This document shows positions 38,424 to 45,723 of a DNA stretch of 45,723 nt, in pieces. The notes under the pieces are model-generated. The model was given only the letters and a program-made list of their open reading frames with translations. It made no database searches and had not been told where the DNA came from. This DNA comes from Flavisolibacter sp. (lineage in GTDB: Bacteria; Bacteroidota; Bacteroidia; Chitinophagales; Chitinophagaceae). Every line of letters begins with the position of its first letter. Positions within the stretch are counted from its first letter, which is position 1. The translations under genes and the position numbers were made by a program. Where the stretch lies: the NCBI GenBank assembly GCA_051955075.1, contig JBQCHB010000079.1, positions 1 through 45,723 of the forward strand, given 5' to 3'.

Positions 38424-40949
38424 TTATGCTTTTGATTCTTCGGTTACACTATTCTTTAACGAAAAAGTGAGTTTGCCATTTTCTTTGTCGAGGTCAGCTT
38501 CTAACACATCACCTGGCTTAATATTCATGTTCAGGATTTCTTCCGCCAGCGGATCTTCAAGATACTTCTGAATAGCTCTGTGCAAGGGTCTTGCGCCAAA
38601 CTGCTGATCATATCCTTTATCTGCAATAAATCCTTTTGCATCTGCGGTTAACTCAAGGCTAAAGCCAAGATTGGTCAAACGCTTCATTACACCTTTCATT
38701 AAAATATCAATGATCTCGAAGATATTTTCTTTGCTAAGCGAGTTGAAGATCACCACATCATCAATACGGTTCAAAAACTCGGGGGAGAAAGTACGCTTTA
38801 ACGCTTTTTCAATTACAGCCTTGTTGGCTTCGTCCTGGTTTTGAACACGGGCTGCAGTGGCAAATCCAACACCTTCACCAAAATCTTTTAATTGGCGCAC
38901 ACCAATGTTAGAAGTCATGATGATCAATGTGTTTTTGAAATCAACCTTGCGGCCCAAACCATCAGTTAACTGCCCGTCATCCAATACCTGCAACAAAATA
39001 TTGTAAATATCGGGATGCGCTTTTTCAATTTCATCAAGAAGAATGACGCTGTAGGGTTTGCGGCGAACTCGTTCTGTCAACTGACCACCTTCCTCATATC
39101 CAACATATCCCGGAGGTGCACCAATTAAACGAGACACAGTGAATTTTTCCATGTATTCGCTCATGTCTATTCTTATCAATGCATCTTCACTGTCAAACAT
39201 GTGGCGGGCCAAAGCTCTTGCCAACTCTGTTTTACCAACACCGGTTGGTCCAAGGAAAATGAATGTACCAATCGGCTTTTTCGGATCTTTCAAACCAACA
39301 CGGTTCCGCTGAATAGCTTTTACCACTTTGGTAATAGCCTCATCCTGACCTACCACCATTCCTTTCATTTCATCCGCCATCTTGCGCAGTTTCTGCGTTT
39401 CAGCTTCCACCATACGCTTCACTGGAATGCCGGTCATCATGCTGATCACTTCTGCTATTTCTTCTTCACCAATGGGATAGCGTTTATGTTTGCTTTCTTC
39501 TTCCCATGCTGCTTTAGCTTTTTCCAGTTCTTCACCCAGGCGTTTTTCCGTATCACGCAGTGCAGCAGCTTCCTCAAATTTTTGACTCTTCACTACACGG
39601 TTTTTTTCAACCTTTATATCTTCTATTTTCTTTTCGAGGTCAAGAATATTTTGAGGAACATTGATGTTTTTCAAGTGGACTCTTGCACCCACTTCATCCA
39701 TTACATCAATGGCTTTGTCTGGTAACAAGCGATCGGTGATGTAGCGGTCGCTCAATTTTAAGCAGGCATCAATCGCTTCCTGATCGTAGTTCACATTGTG
39801 ATAGTCTTCGTACTTTGATTTGATGTTGTTCAAAATCTGGATAGTATCGTCCACACTAGGCGGGTCAATCATCACTTTTTGAAAACGGCGGTCTAACGCT
39901 CCATCTTTTTCAATGTACATCCTGTATTCGTCCAAAGTAGATGCGCCGATGCATTGCAGTTCGCCACGGGCCAAAGCCGGCTTGAAAATGTTGGAGGCAT
40001 CTAGTGAGCCGGAAGCACCACCAGCCCCAACAATCGTGTGAATCTCATCAATGAAAAGAATGACATCACGATTCTTTTCCAGTTCGTTCATGATGGCTTT
40101 CATTCTTTCTTCAAACTGTCCACGGTATTTTGTACCGGCTACAAGTGCCGCCAGGTCAAGAGAGATAACTCTTTTATCAAACAAAACCCTTGATACCTTG
40201 CGCTGAACAATTCTTAAAGCCAGACCTTCCACAATAGCTGTTTTACCCACACCGGGCTCACCAATCAAGATTGGATTGTTCTTTTTGCGGCGGGAAAGAA
40301 TTTGAGATACTCTCTCAATCTCTTTTTCACGCCCAACAATAGGATCCAAAGTTCCGGTTTCGGCCAATTTTGTAATGTCTCTGCCAAAATTGTCGAGCAC
40401 AGGGGTTTTGCTTTTTGTAGCACCTGCCTGGCGTGATTTTGATCCGGAATATTTTTTTTCTTCATCAAAATCATCGTCATTTTCTTCCTGGTACTCGGCG
40501 CGGGGGTCATTTGATTTCATGACGCCCAATTCCTGTCTGAATAAGTCGTAATCCACGTCAAATTGATTTAAGATTTGAGTTGCTATGTTTTCTTTGTTCT
40601 TCAGAATGGAAAGCATTAAATGCTCTGTTTCTACAGTGGCGCTTTTTAAGGCTTTTGCTTCCAAAACCGTTACCCTGATCACTTTTTCAGCTTGTTTGGT
40701 AAGAGGTAAGCTATTGATGTTGGCTATGTTTTTACCCGTCTTATCCTTCACCGCCAATTCTATTTCTTTACGCAATTCATATAAATCAACGTTAAAGCTT
40801 TTCAGAATTTTGACTGCTGTATTATCACCTTCACGAATTAATCCCAGCAATAAGTGTTCCGTGCCTATAAAATCATTGCCTAACCGTAATGCTTCCTCCC
40901 TGCTGAACGATATGATCTCTTTTACTTGTGAGGAAAAATTATTATCCAT
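38424..40949 (-). CDS. clpC: ATP-dependent Clp protease ATP-binding subunit ClpC
   Basis: Clp N-repeats, two AAA+ modules ([16 protein letters not shown]), UVR motif and GEGVGF ClpP-binding loop. Confidence 0.95.
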   Translation of the reverse strand: MDNNFSSQVKEIISFSREEALRLGNDFIGTEHLLLGLIREGDNTAVKILKSFNVDLYELRKEIELAVKDKTGKNIANINSLPLTKQAEKVIRVTVLEAKALKSATVETEHLMLSILKNKENIATQILNQFDVDYDLFRQELGVMKSNDPRAEYQEENDDDFDEEKKYSGSKSRQAGATKSKTPVLDNFGRDITKLAETGTLDPIVGREKEIERVSQILSRRKKNNPILIGEPGVGKTAIVEGLALRIVQRKVSRVLFDKRVISLDLAALVAGTKYRGQFEERMKAIMNELEKNRDVILFIDEIHTIVGAGGASGSLDASNIFKPALARGELQCIGASTLDEYRMYIEKDGALDRRFQKVMIDPPSVDDTIQILNNIKSKYEDYHNVNYDQEAIDACLKLSDRYITDRLLPDKAIDVMDEVGARVHLKNINVPQNILDLEKKIEDIKVEKNRVVKSQKFEEAAALRDTEKRLGEELEKAKAAWEEESKHKRYPIGEEEIAEVISMMTGIPVKRMVEAETQKLRKMADEMKGMVVGQDEAITKVVKAIQRNRVGLKDPKKPIGTFIFLGPTGVGKTELARALARHMFDSEDALIRIDMSEYMEKFTVSRLIGAPPGYVGYEEGGQLTERVRRKPYSVILLDEIEKAHPDIYNILLQVLDDGQLTDGLGRKVDFKNTLIIMTSNIGVRQLKDFGEGVGFATAARVQNQDEANKAVIEKALKRTFSPEFLNRIDDVVIFNSLSKENIFEIIDILMKGVMKRLTNLGFSLELTADAKGFIADKGYDQQFGARPLHRAIQKYLEDPLAEEILNMNIKPGDVLEADLDKENGKLTFSLKNSVTEESKA

Positions 40950-41032
40950 TTTAATAGTTGTGCTTTATACAATAATAAAAAATATTTTTGAGCAGGGGAG
41001 ACGGAAAATGTTAAGTCTTTCCGGCTGTTACT

Positions 41033-41413
41033 ATGGAAGTCAAAACTGATACCAAAGAGAAATTTCATGTCATCCGTGTTGAAACTTCAAGTTTGTCTGC
41101 TAATATGGCAGCAGCGTTGAACCGCCAATTGTTAGAACTACTTAAAGATAATATAAAGAATGTAGTTGTCAACCTTAGCGGAATGGCAAATATTGAAGAA
41201 GAAGCCGCCGAAACTTTGGTGAGAACCCAGCAAAAATTTTATGAAGCCGAAGCTTCTTTCGTTATTTGCGAATTGCAAAAAAATGTAGAAACTTTTTTGG
41301 ATGAAAAAGAATTGCTGGAGCTGATGAACGTTACGCCTACGGAAAGTGAGGCTTACGATATTGTGCAGATGGAAGAGATAGAAAGAGACCTGCTGGGAGA
41401 GGATGATTTCTGA
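41033..41413 (+). CDS. STAS domain protein
   Basis: STAS-like pattern with C-terminal TPTESEA.DIVQMEEIER. Confidence 0.8.
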   Translation: MEVKTDTKEKFHVIRVETSSLSANMAAALNRQLLELLKDNIKNVVVNLSGMANIEEEAAETLVRTQQKFYEAEASFVICELQKNVETFLDEKELLELMNVTPTESEAYDIVQMEEIERDLLGEDDF

Positions 41414-41479
41414 CCCCTAAAAGAAGGAAGAGATAAGAGAAGATTGCTGTTGGCCTCATGGTGTTTTAATTTTTAAGGT

Positions 41480-41548
41480 TTTTTATGAGGCTGGCAATAG
41501 AATTACTATTAAACTGCTCTTGCGTCGCACTCTTCAACGTTCGGTAAT
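41480..41548 (-). ncRNA. Dispersed structured element, copy B (possibly Flavo-1-like)
   Basis: Minus strand GAACGTTGAAGAGTGCGACGCAAG-N8-AATAGTAATT..GCCAGC; 12-nt and 10-nt blocks identical to copy A with identical spacing. Confidence 0.55.
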
Positions 41549-41567
41549 ATGATTGGACAAGAGAAAA

Positions 41568-41633
41568 CTTCTCGCAGAGGCGCACGACGCAAAGAAAATG
41601 CTTCCCCGTATAACCTTCCCTTCTTTGCGAGAA
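41568..41633. repeat. REP-like imperfect hairpin
   Basis: TTCTCGCAGAG...CGCAAAG...CTTTGCGAGAA. Confidence 0.45.
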
Positions 41634-41643
41634 ATAAAATGAA

Positions 41644-42525
41644 ATGCTTCACACTTCGTTACAATTAGCTATTCAACAAAAATTAAAAGAGCATTTTCCT
41701 TCACTTAATGGAAGCATAAGTTTTATGGCTGTTGGCGGCGGTAGCATCAATCAAACCTGGCGTTTAAATTTTTCAAACCTAACTCTTTTTTGTAAGGTAA
41801 ATTCTGCTTCAAAATTTCTCCAGTTGTTTCAAAAAGAAAAACATGGGTTGGAATTGATCAGGAAACAAAACATCGTTAAGGTGCCTGGTGTTATTGATAG
41901 TTTTGAATTTGAAGACCATCAAATCTTATTGTTAGAATGGATTGACAGTGGCGAACGAACGGAAAACTTTTGGAAAAAATTTGGCGAGCAATTAGCTGCC
42001 CTGCATCAAATAACCAACAATCATTTTGGTTTGGATGAAGACAATTATATGGGCAGTGTGCCGCAAAGTAATAAGCCTTCAGGCAATTGGATTGGTTTCT
42101 TTGCTGAACAAAGGTTGCAACCGTTGATAAAAATGTGCACAGATAAAAAGTTGTTGTCAGTGCGGCATCAAAAACAGTTTGAAAATTTATATTGGCACTT
42201 GTCAAATATTTTCGGAAAAGAACACAAGCCTGCATTAGTTCATGGTGATTTATGGAGCGGCAATTTTATGTGCAATCAGTTGTCCGAACCTGTATTGATC
42301 GATCCGGCTGTTTATTACGGTCATCCGTCAGTTGATATGGGAATGACCACTTTGTTTGGTGGCTTTCGCTCTGCCTTTTACGAAGCCTACCATTATTATT
42401 CACCTCTTCCTAAAAATTACGAAGAGCAGTGGCGGGTTTGCAATTTGTACCCATTGCTCATTCATCTTTATCTTTTTGGCAGCAGCTATTTAGCCCAGAT
42501 AGAGCAAAGTTTGGATAGGTTTTAG
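41644..42525 (+). CDS. Fructosamine kinase family protein
   Basis: VGGGSIN, FG.QLA.LH, LVHGDLWSGN, IDPAVYYGH and YPLL.H..LFG. Confidence 0.93.
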   Translation: MLHTSLQLAIQQKLKEHFPSLNGSISFMAVGGGSINQTWRLNFSNLTLFCKVNSASKFLQLFQKEKHGLELIRKQNIVKVPGVIDSFEFEDHQILLLEWIDSGERTENFWKKFGEQLAALHQITNNHFGLDEDNYMGSVPQSNKPSGNWIGFFAEQRLQPLIKMCTDKKLLSVRHQKQFENLYWHLSNIFGKEHKPALVHGDLWSGNFMCNQLSEPVLIDPAVYYGHPSVDMGMTTLFGGFRSAFYEAYHYYSPLPKNYEEQWRVCNLYPLLIHLYLFGSSYLAQIEQSLDRF

Positions 42526-42560
42526 CGATTCTGTGTACATTGACAAATTATCTTTAGCAA

Positions 42561-43466
42561 ATGTTATCTGTAACCATATTGGGAAATAACTCGGCCGTTC
42601 CGGCTTTTAACCGACACCCAACCAGCCAGGTGGTGTCGCACGACGGTAATAATTACCTGGTGGATTGTGGCGAAGGCACACAAATACAAATGATTAAATA
42701 CAAGATCCGCAGGGGCAAAATATCTCACATTTTTATCTCTCATTTACATGGCGATCATTATTTTGGTTTAGTGGGTTTACTCAATACTTTCGGGCTGCTT
42801 TCTCATACTCAGGAGCTACATGTTTATGGGCCTGCGCCTTTGCAACAGATCATTGAAATGCAAATGAATGTTGCCGATACAAACTTGCCGTATCCTTTAT
42901 TTTTTCACACACTTACAAAGCCCGAAGTTTTGGTGGATAACGAAAAGATCAGGATCAGTTGTTTTCCCACCACGCATCGCATAGAATGTTATGGTTTTTT
43001 GTTTGAAGAAAAAGAAGGCAAAAGAAAGTTATTGATTGATAAGGTACGTAAGTTGAATATCCCTGTCAGCTTTTATTCAAGCCTGCAGGAAGGCTTTGAT
43101 TACATTACGCCGCGTGGCCACAGAATCGGTAACGAAGAAGTTACAGCGGCTCCCCAGCGGGGAAAGAAATATGCCTTTTGTGCTGATACCCGCTACGATG
43201 AAAACATGATTCCTTATATCAAAGGTTGTGATATGATCTATCATGAAACAACCTATCACGATAATTTTAGAGAGAAGGCGTTTGAACGTTTTCATTGCAC
43301 CACCAAACAAGCGGCTGAAATAGCAAAGAAGGCCGGGATTAAAAAATTATTGATCGGTCACTTCAGCTCTAAATACAGCACTTTAGAACAATTTGAGGCG
43401 GAAGCAAGAGAAGTGTTTCCTAATACAGAATTAGCTATTGAGGGAAATACATACGAGGTGAATTAA
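42561..43466 (+). CDS. rnz: Ribonuclease Z
   Basis: DCGEGTQ, HLHGDH metallo-beta-lactamase motif, HETT and GHFSSKY. Confidence 0.95.
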   Translation: MLSVTILGNNSAVPAFNRHPTSQVVSHDGNNYLVDCGEGTQIQMIKYKIRRGKISHIFISHLHGDHYFGLVGLLNTFGLLSHTQELHVYGPAPLQQIIEMQMNVADTNLPYPLFFHTLTKPEVLVDNEKIRISCFPTTHRIECYGFLFEEKEGKRKLLIDKVRKLNIPVSFYSSLQEGFDYITPRGHRIGNEEVTAAPQRGKKYAFCADTRYDENMIPYIKGCDMIYHETTYHDNFREKAFERFHCTTKQAAEIAKKAGIKKLLIGHFSSKYSTLEQFEAEAREVFPNTELAIEGNTYEVN

Positions 43467-43528
43467 AGATGATAGATCGCAGTTGACAGATGAAAGCCCA
43501 CATCTGCCATTAATCTTCTGTTAAACAC

Positions 43529-44665
43529 TCATCTTCTCAAAATCCATTCATAAAATGCCGGGAACTCTTCTCTCCAGGTAGCTTCGTTGTGCTTTCCTTC
43601 GGCCCTGATAACAGTTTTCATTTTTGCCTTGGAACGTTCGTGCATCTGTTCAAAAACGTTCAGCATGTCGGGCACCATAGTTTCGCTTTCCTGTTGGCCA
43701 GCGTAGAAATAGATTTTGCTTTTTACTTTTTTTGCTTTCTTAGCAGCAATATTTTTTAATTGTGGATTGATCCAAAAAGCCGGAGAAAAAACACCTGCAG
43801 CACCAAACTTTTTTGGATATTTTAAAATAGCATAAAAAGAAATTAATCCACCCATGGAACTGCCTGCAATAAAATTACGCTTGCCGCATTTCTTTGTGCG
43901 GTAATGTTTGTTGATGTAAGGCCGCAAAGTGTTCACTAAAAAGTCAACATATTGATCGCCTTCACCTTTACCATATTTTTCCATATCGTAAGGCGCATAC
44001 TCATTTAATCGTTTGTCGCCACCATGATCAATGGCAACAACAATTGTTTCCTTATATTTTGTTCCTAACGTATCTAAGGCTTCATCCACGCCCCATTCGC
44101 CAAAGCCGGAGGTGGCGGCATCAAAAACATTTTGGCCATCTTGCAGGTAAAGCACAGGATATTTTTTTCTTGAGCTGTTATAAGAGTTTGGCAGATAAAT
44201 CCAGATGCGGCGATGGCGATTCAATTGCGGAATAAAAAAAGCTGTATCTATAATGTGAATATTGGCAGTGGCCGTATGTTGTTTCGCTTTCTTGGGAAAA
44301 TGGTCGGCCCAATGTTCAATTTCTATATTGATGGTAGTATCCCTGTCAACAAAAAGTTTTCTGTTCTGTGTCGGGAAGCCCTCGTTGCCGCACTCAACTG
44401 TTTCCCAATTTCCTTTTGTGATTTTATATTCAACCGTGCCCCGTGGAAGTTCAATTGTAATGTCAGGTTTTCCTTCAACTGTCTTCAATAAAAGTTTTTC
44501 ATCACCGGGATTCCAGTTATTAAAAGTGCCAGCTAAATAAGTTTTTTCTTTTGTTGCATGATAGGCCGGCAATTTTGTGATTACAAAATGCACTTTGTAC
44601 TGTGCCCATAAAGCACAGCAGTTCAGTAAAAGGCCAATGCAAAGAATGGTCTTTTTATTATGCAT
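43529..44665 (-). CDS. Secreted alpha/beta-hydrolase esterase with N-terminal CBM20/48-like domain
   Basis: YLAGTFNNWNP, YK.TKG.W..VE, YPVLYLQDGQN.FD, GSSMGG and GKHNEATW. Confidence 0.85.
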   Translation of the reverse strand: MHNKKTILCIGLLLNCCALWAQYKVHFVITKLPAYHATKEKTYLAGTFNNWNPGDEKLLLKTVEGKPDITIELPRGTVEYKITKGNWETVECGNEGFPTQNRKLFVDRDTTINIEIEHWADHFPKKAKQHTATANIHIIDTAFFIPQLNRHRRIWIYLPNSYNSSRKKYPVLYLQDGQNVFDAATSGFGEWGVDEALDTLGTKYKETIVVAIDHGGDKRLNEYAPYDMEKYGKGEGDQYVDFLVNTLRPYINKHYRTKKCGKRNFIAGSSMGGLISFYAILKYPKKFGAAGVFSPAFWINPQLKNIAAKKAKKVKSKIYFYAGQQESETMVPDMLNVFEQMHERSKAKMKTVIRAEGKHNEATWREEFPAFYEWILRR

Positions 44666-44671
44666 GAATTG

Positions 44672-45559
44672 TTATTTCAGTGTAGGCAGGTAATTCTTCA
44701 ATTGCTCAGCGATGCCCTGGCTTAATGGTACCAGGGGCAGGCGCAAGTAGTTTTGAATAATACCCATTTCTGCTAAAACTGCTTTTACGCCGGCCGGATT
44801 GTTTTCTGCAAACAACAATTCATAGCCTTGTAATAATTTACCATTCAGCCCACGTGCTGTAGTATAGTCATCGTTCAATGCAGCATCTACCATCGTTGAA
44901 TATTCTTTGGGAAAACAGTTGGCTGCCACGCTGATAACGCCTCGCATGCCGCAGGCTATTTGCGCCAGCGCTAAATTATCATCGCCGCTCACTACTAAAA
45001 ATTCCTGTGGTTTATCCCGCAATATTTGCATGCATTGCACCATGTTGCCGCTGGCTTCTTTAATGCCATGAATGTTATCTACTTCGTTTGCCAAACGAAT
45101 GGTTGTTTCTGCAGTGATATTGCTTCCGGTGCGGCCCGGAACATTGTATAAAAGAATGGGCTTTGAAGTGGCGCCTGCTATTGCTTTATAATGTTGAAAG
45201 ATGCCTTCCTGCGAAGGTTTGTTGTAATAAGGACTTGCAGAAAGAATGGCTGCTGCTTTTTCCAAAGGGAAAGCTTCAATTTCCTTAATAACTGATTGTG
45301 TACTATTGCCACCAATGCCTACCACAACAGGCACTCTGTCCGAAACTGTAGTAAACGTTTGGTTGATGATCTCTATTTTTTCTTCCCGGCTTAGCGTAGG
45401 TGTTTCGCCTGTGGTGCCAAGCGTTACTATATAATTAACGCCTTCTGCAATTACAAAGTCAATTAATTTTTGAAGGCTGTCATAGTCAACTGACCGGTCT
45501 TGCCTAAATGGTGTTACCAGTGCTACACCGGTTCCTTTTAATAAATCTCTTACAGACAT
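44672..45559 (-). CDS. dapA: 4-hydroxy-tetrahydrodipicolinate synthase
   Basis: GTGVALVTPF, GTTGE, PYYNKP, LYNVPGRTG, GIKEASG and SGDD. Confidence 0.97.
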   Translation of the reverse strand: MSVRDLLKGTGVALVTPFRQDRSVDYDSLQKLIDFVIAEGVNYIVTLGTTGETPTLSREEKIEIINQTFTTVSDRVPVVVGIGGNSTQSVIKEIEAFPLEKAAAILSASPYYNKPSQEGIFQHYKAIAGATSKPILLYNVPGRTGSNITAETTIRLANEVDNIHGIKEASGNMVQCMQILRDKPQEFLVVSGDDNLALAQIACGMRGVISVAANCFPKEYSTMVDAALNDDYTTARGLNGKLLQGYELLFAENNPAGVKAVLAEMGIIQNYLRLPLVPLSQGIAEQLKNYLPTLK

Positions 45560-45566
45560 ACCCTGT

Positions 45567-45723
45567 TTATAGTTTAAAGTTGGTAGTTTCTTTTACTTCG
45601 TCGTTCCTTGTTCCTTGCTCATCAGTTTCTTGTTCAGAAACGGGTAATTCATCCCAAAAACCCATCTTTCCAAATTTTATAATTCTCTGGTTAATGCGTT
45701 CCTCAGGTGAAACGTTTTTTAAC
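45567..45723 (-). CDS. accA: 3' end of acetyl-CoA carboxylase carboxyltransferase alpha subunit (partial)
   Basis: Minus-strand frame LKNVSPEERINQRIIKFGKMGFWDE...NFKL* matches the recalled AccA C-terminus pattern; only 51 aa visible. Confidence 0.7.
   Translation of the reverse strand, partial: LKNVSPEERINQRIIKFGKMGFWDELPVSEQETDEQGTRNDEVKETTNFKL

Noticed and set aside
167-45434. Many antisense or alternate-frame ORFs in the supplied track (e.g. 12365..12973, 39201..39725, 8514..8951)
   Set aside because: They lie within confidently identified genes and lack motifs, so they are treated as shadow ORFs.

Overview
AT-rich, gene-dense window from a Bacteroidota genome, most likely Chitinophagaceae-like. 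This is inferred from T9SS C-terminal sorting domains, TAnnTTTG promoters and the gene families present. Most of the window is housekeeping or typical envelope and secretome content: sucC, mdh, cmk, ppa, clpC, rnz, dapA, partial accA, tRNA-Asp, an FKBP PPIase, M1/S8/M57/SprT peptidases, T9SS cargo and an ArsR-SRPBCC-VOC operon. The most unusual part is a compact phage-derived module at about 18.99-22.70 kb, just downstream of tRNA-Asp. An intact self-cleaving HTH+S24 (CI/LexA-like) repressor sits divergent from an operon encoding an AAA_24/Sak4-like ATPase and four phage-type hypothetical proteins. The module has no integrase, att duplication, initiator or virion genes. Its control region carries a dense TTCACA/DnaA-box-like array, and some of its proteins end in ClpXP-type -AA/-AS tails. 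This fits a domesticated DNA-damage-inducible recombination/replication module (inference). A second signal is a ~65-nt structured element present in three intergenic copies with a compensatory base change, each 5' of a same-strand start codon. All assignments were made by eye from motifs; no searches were run.
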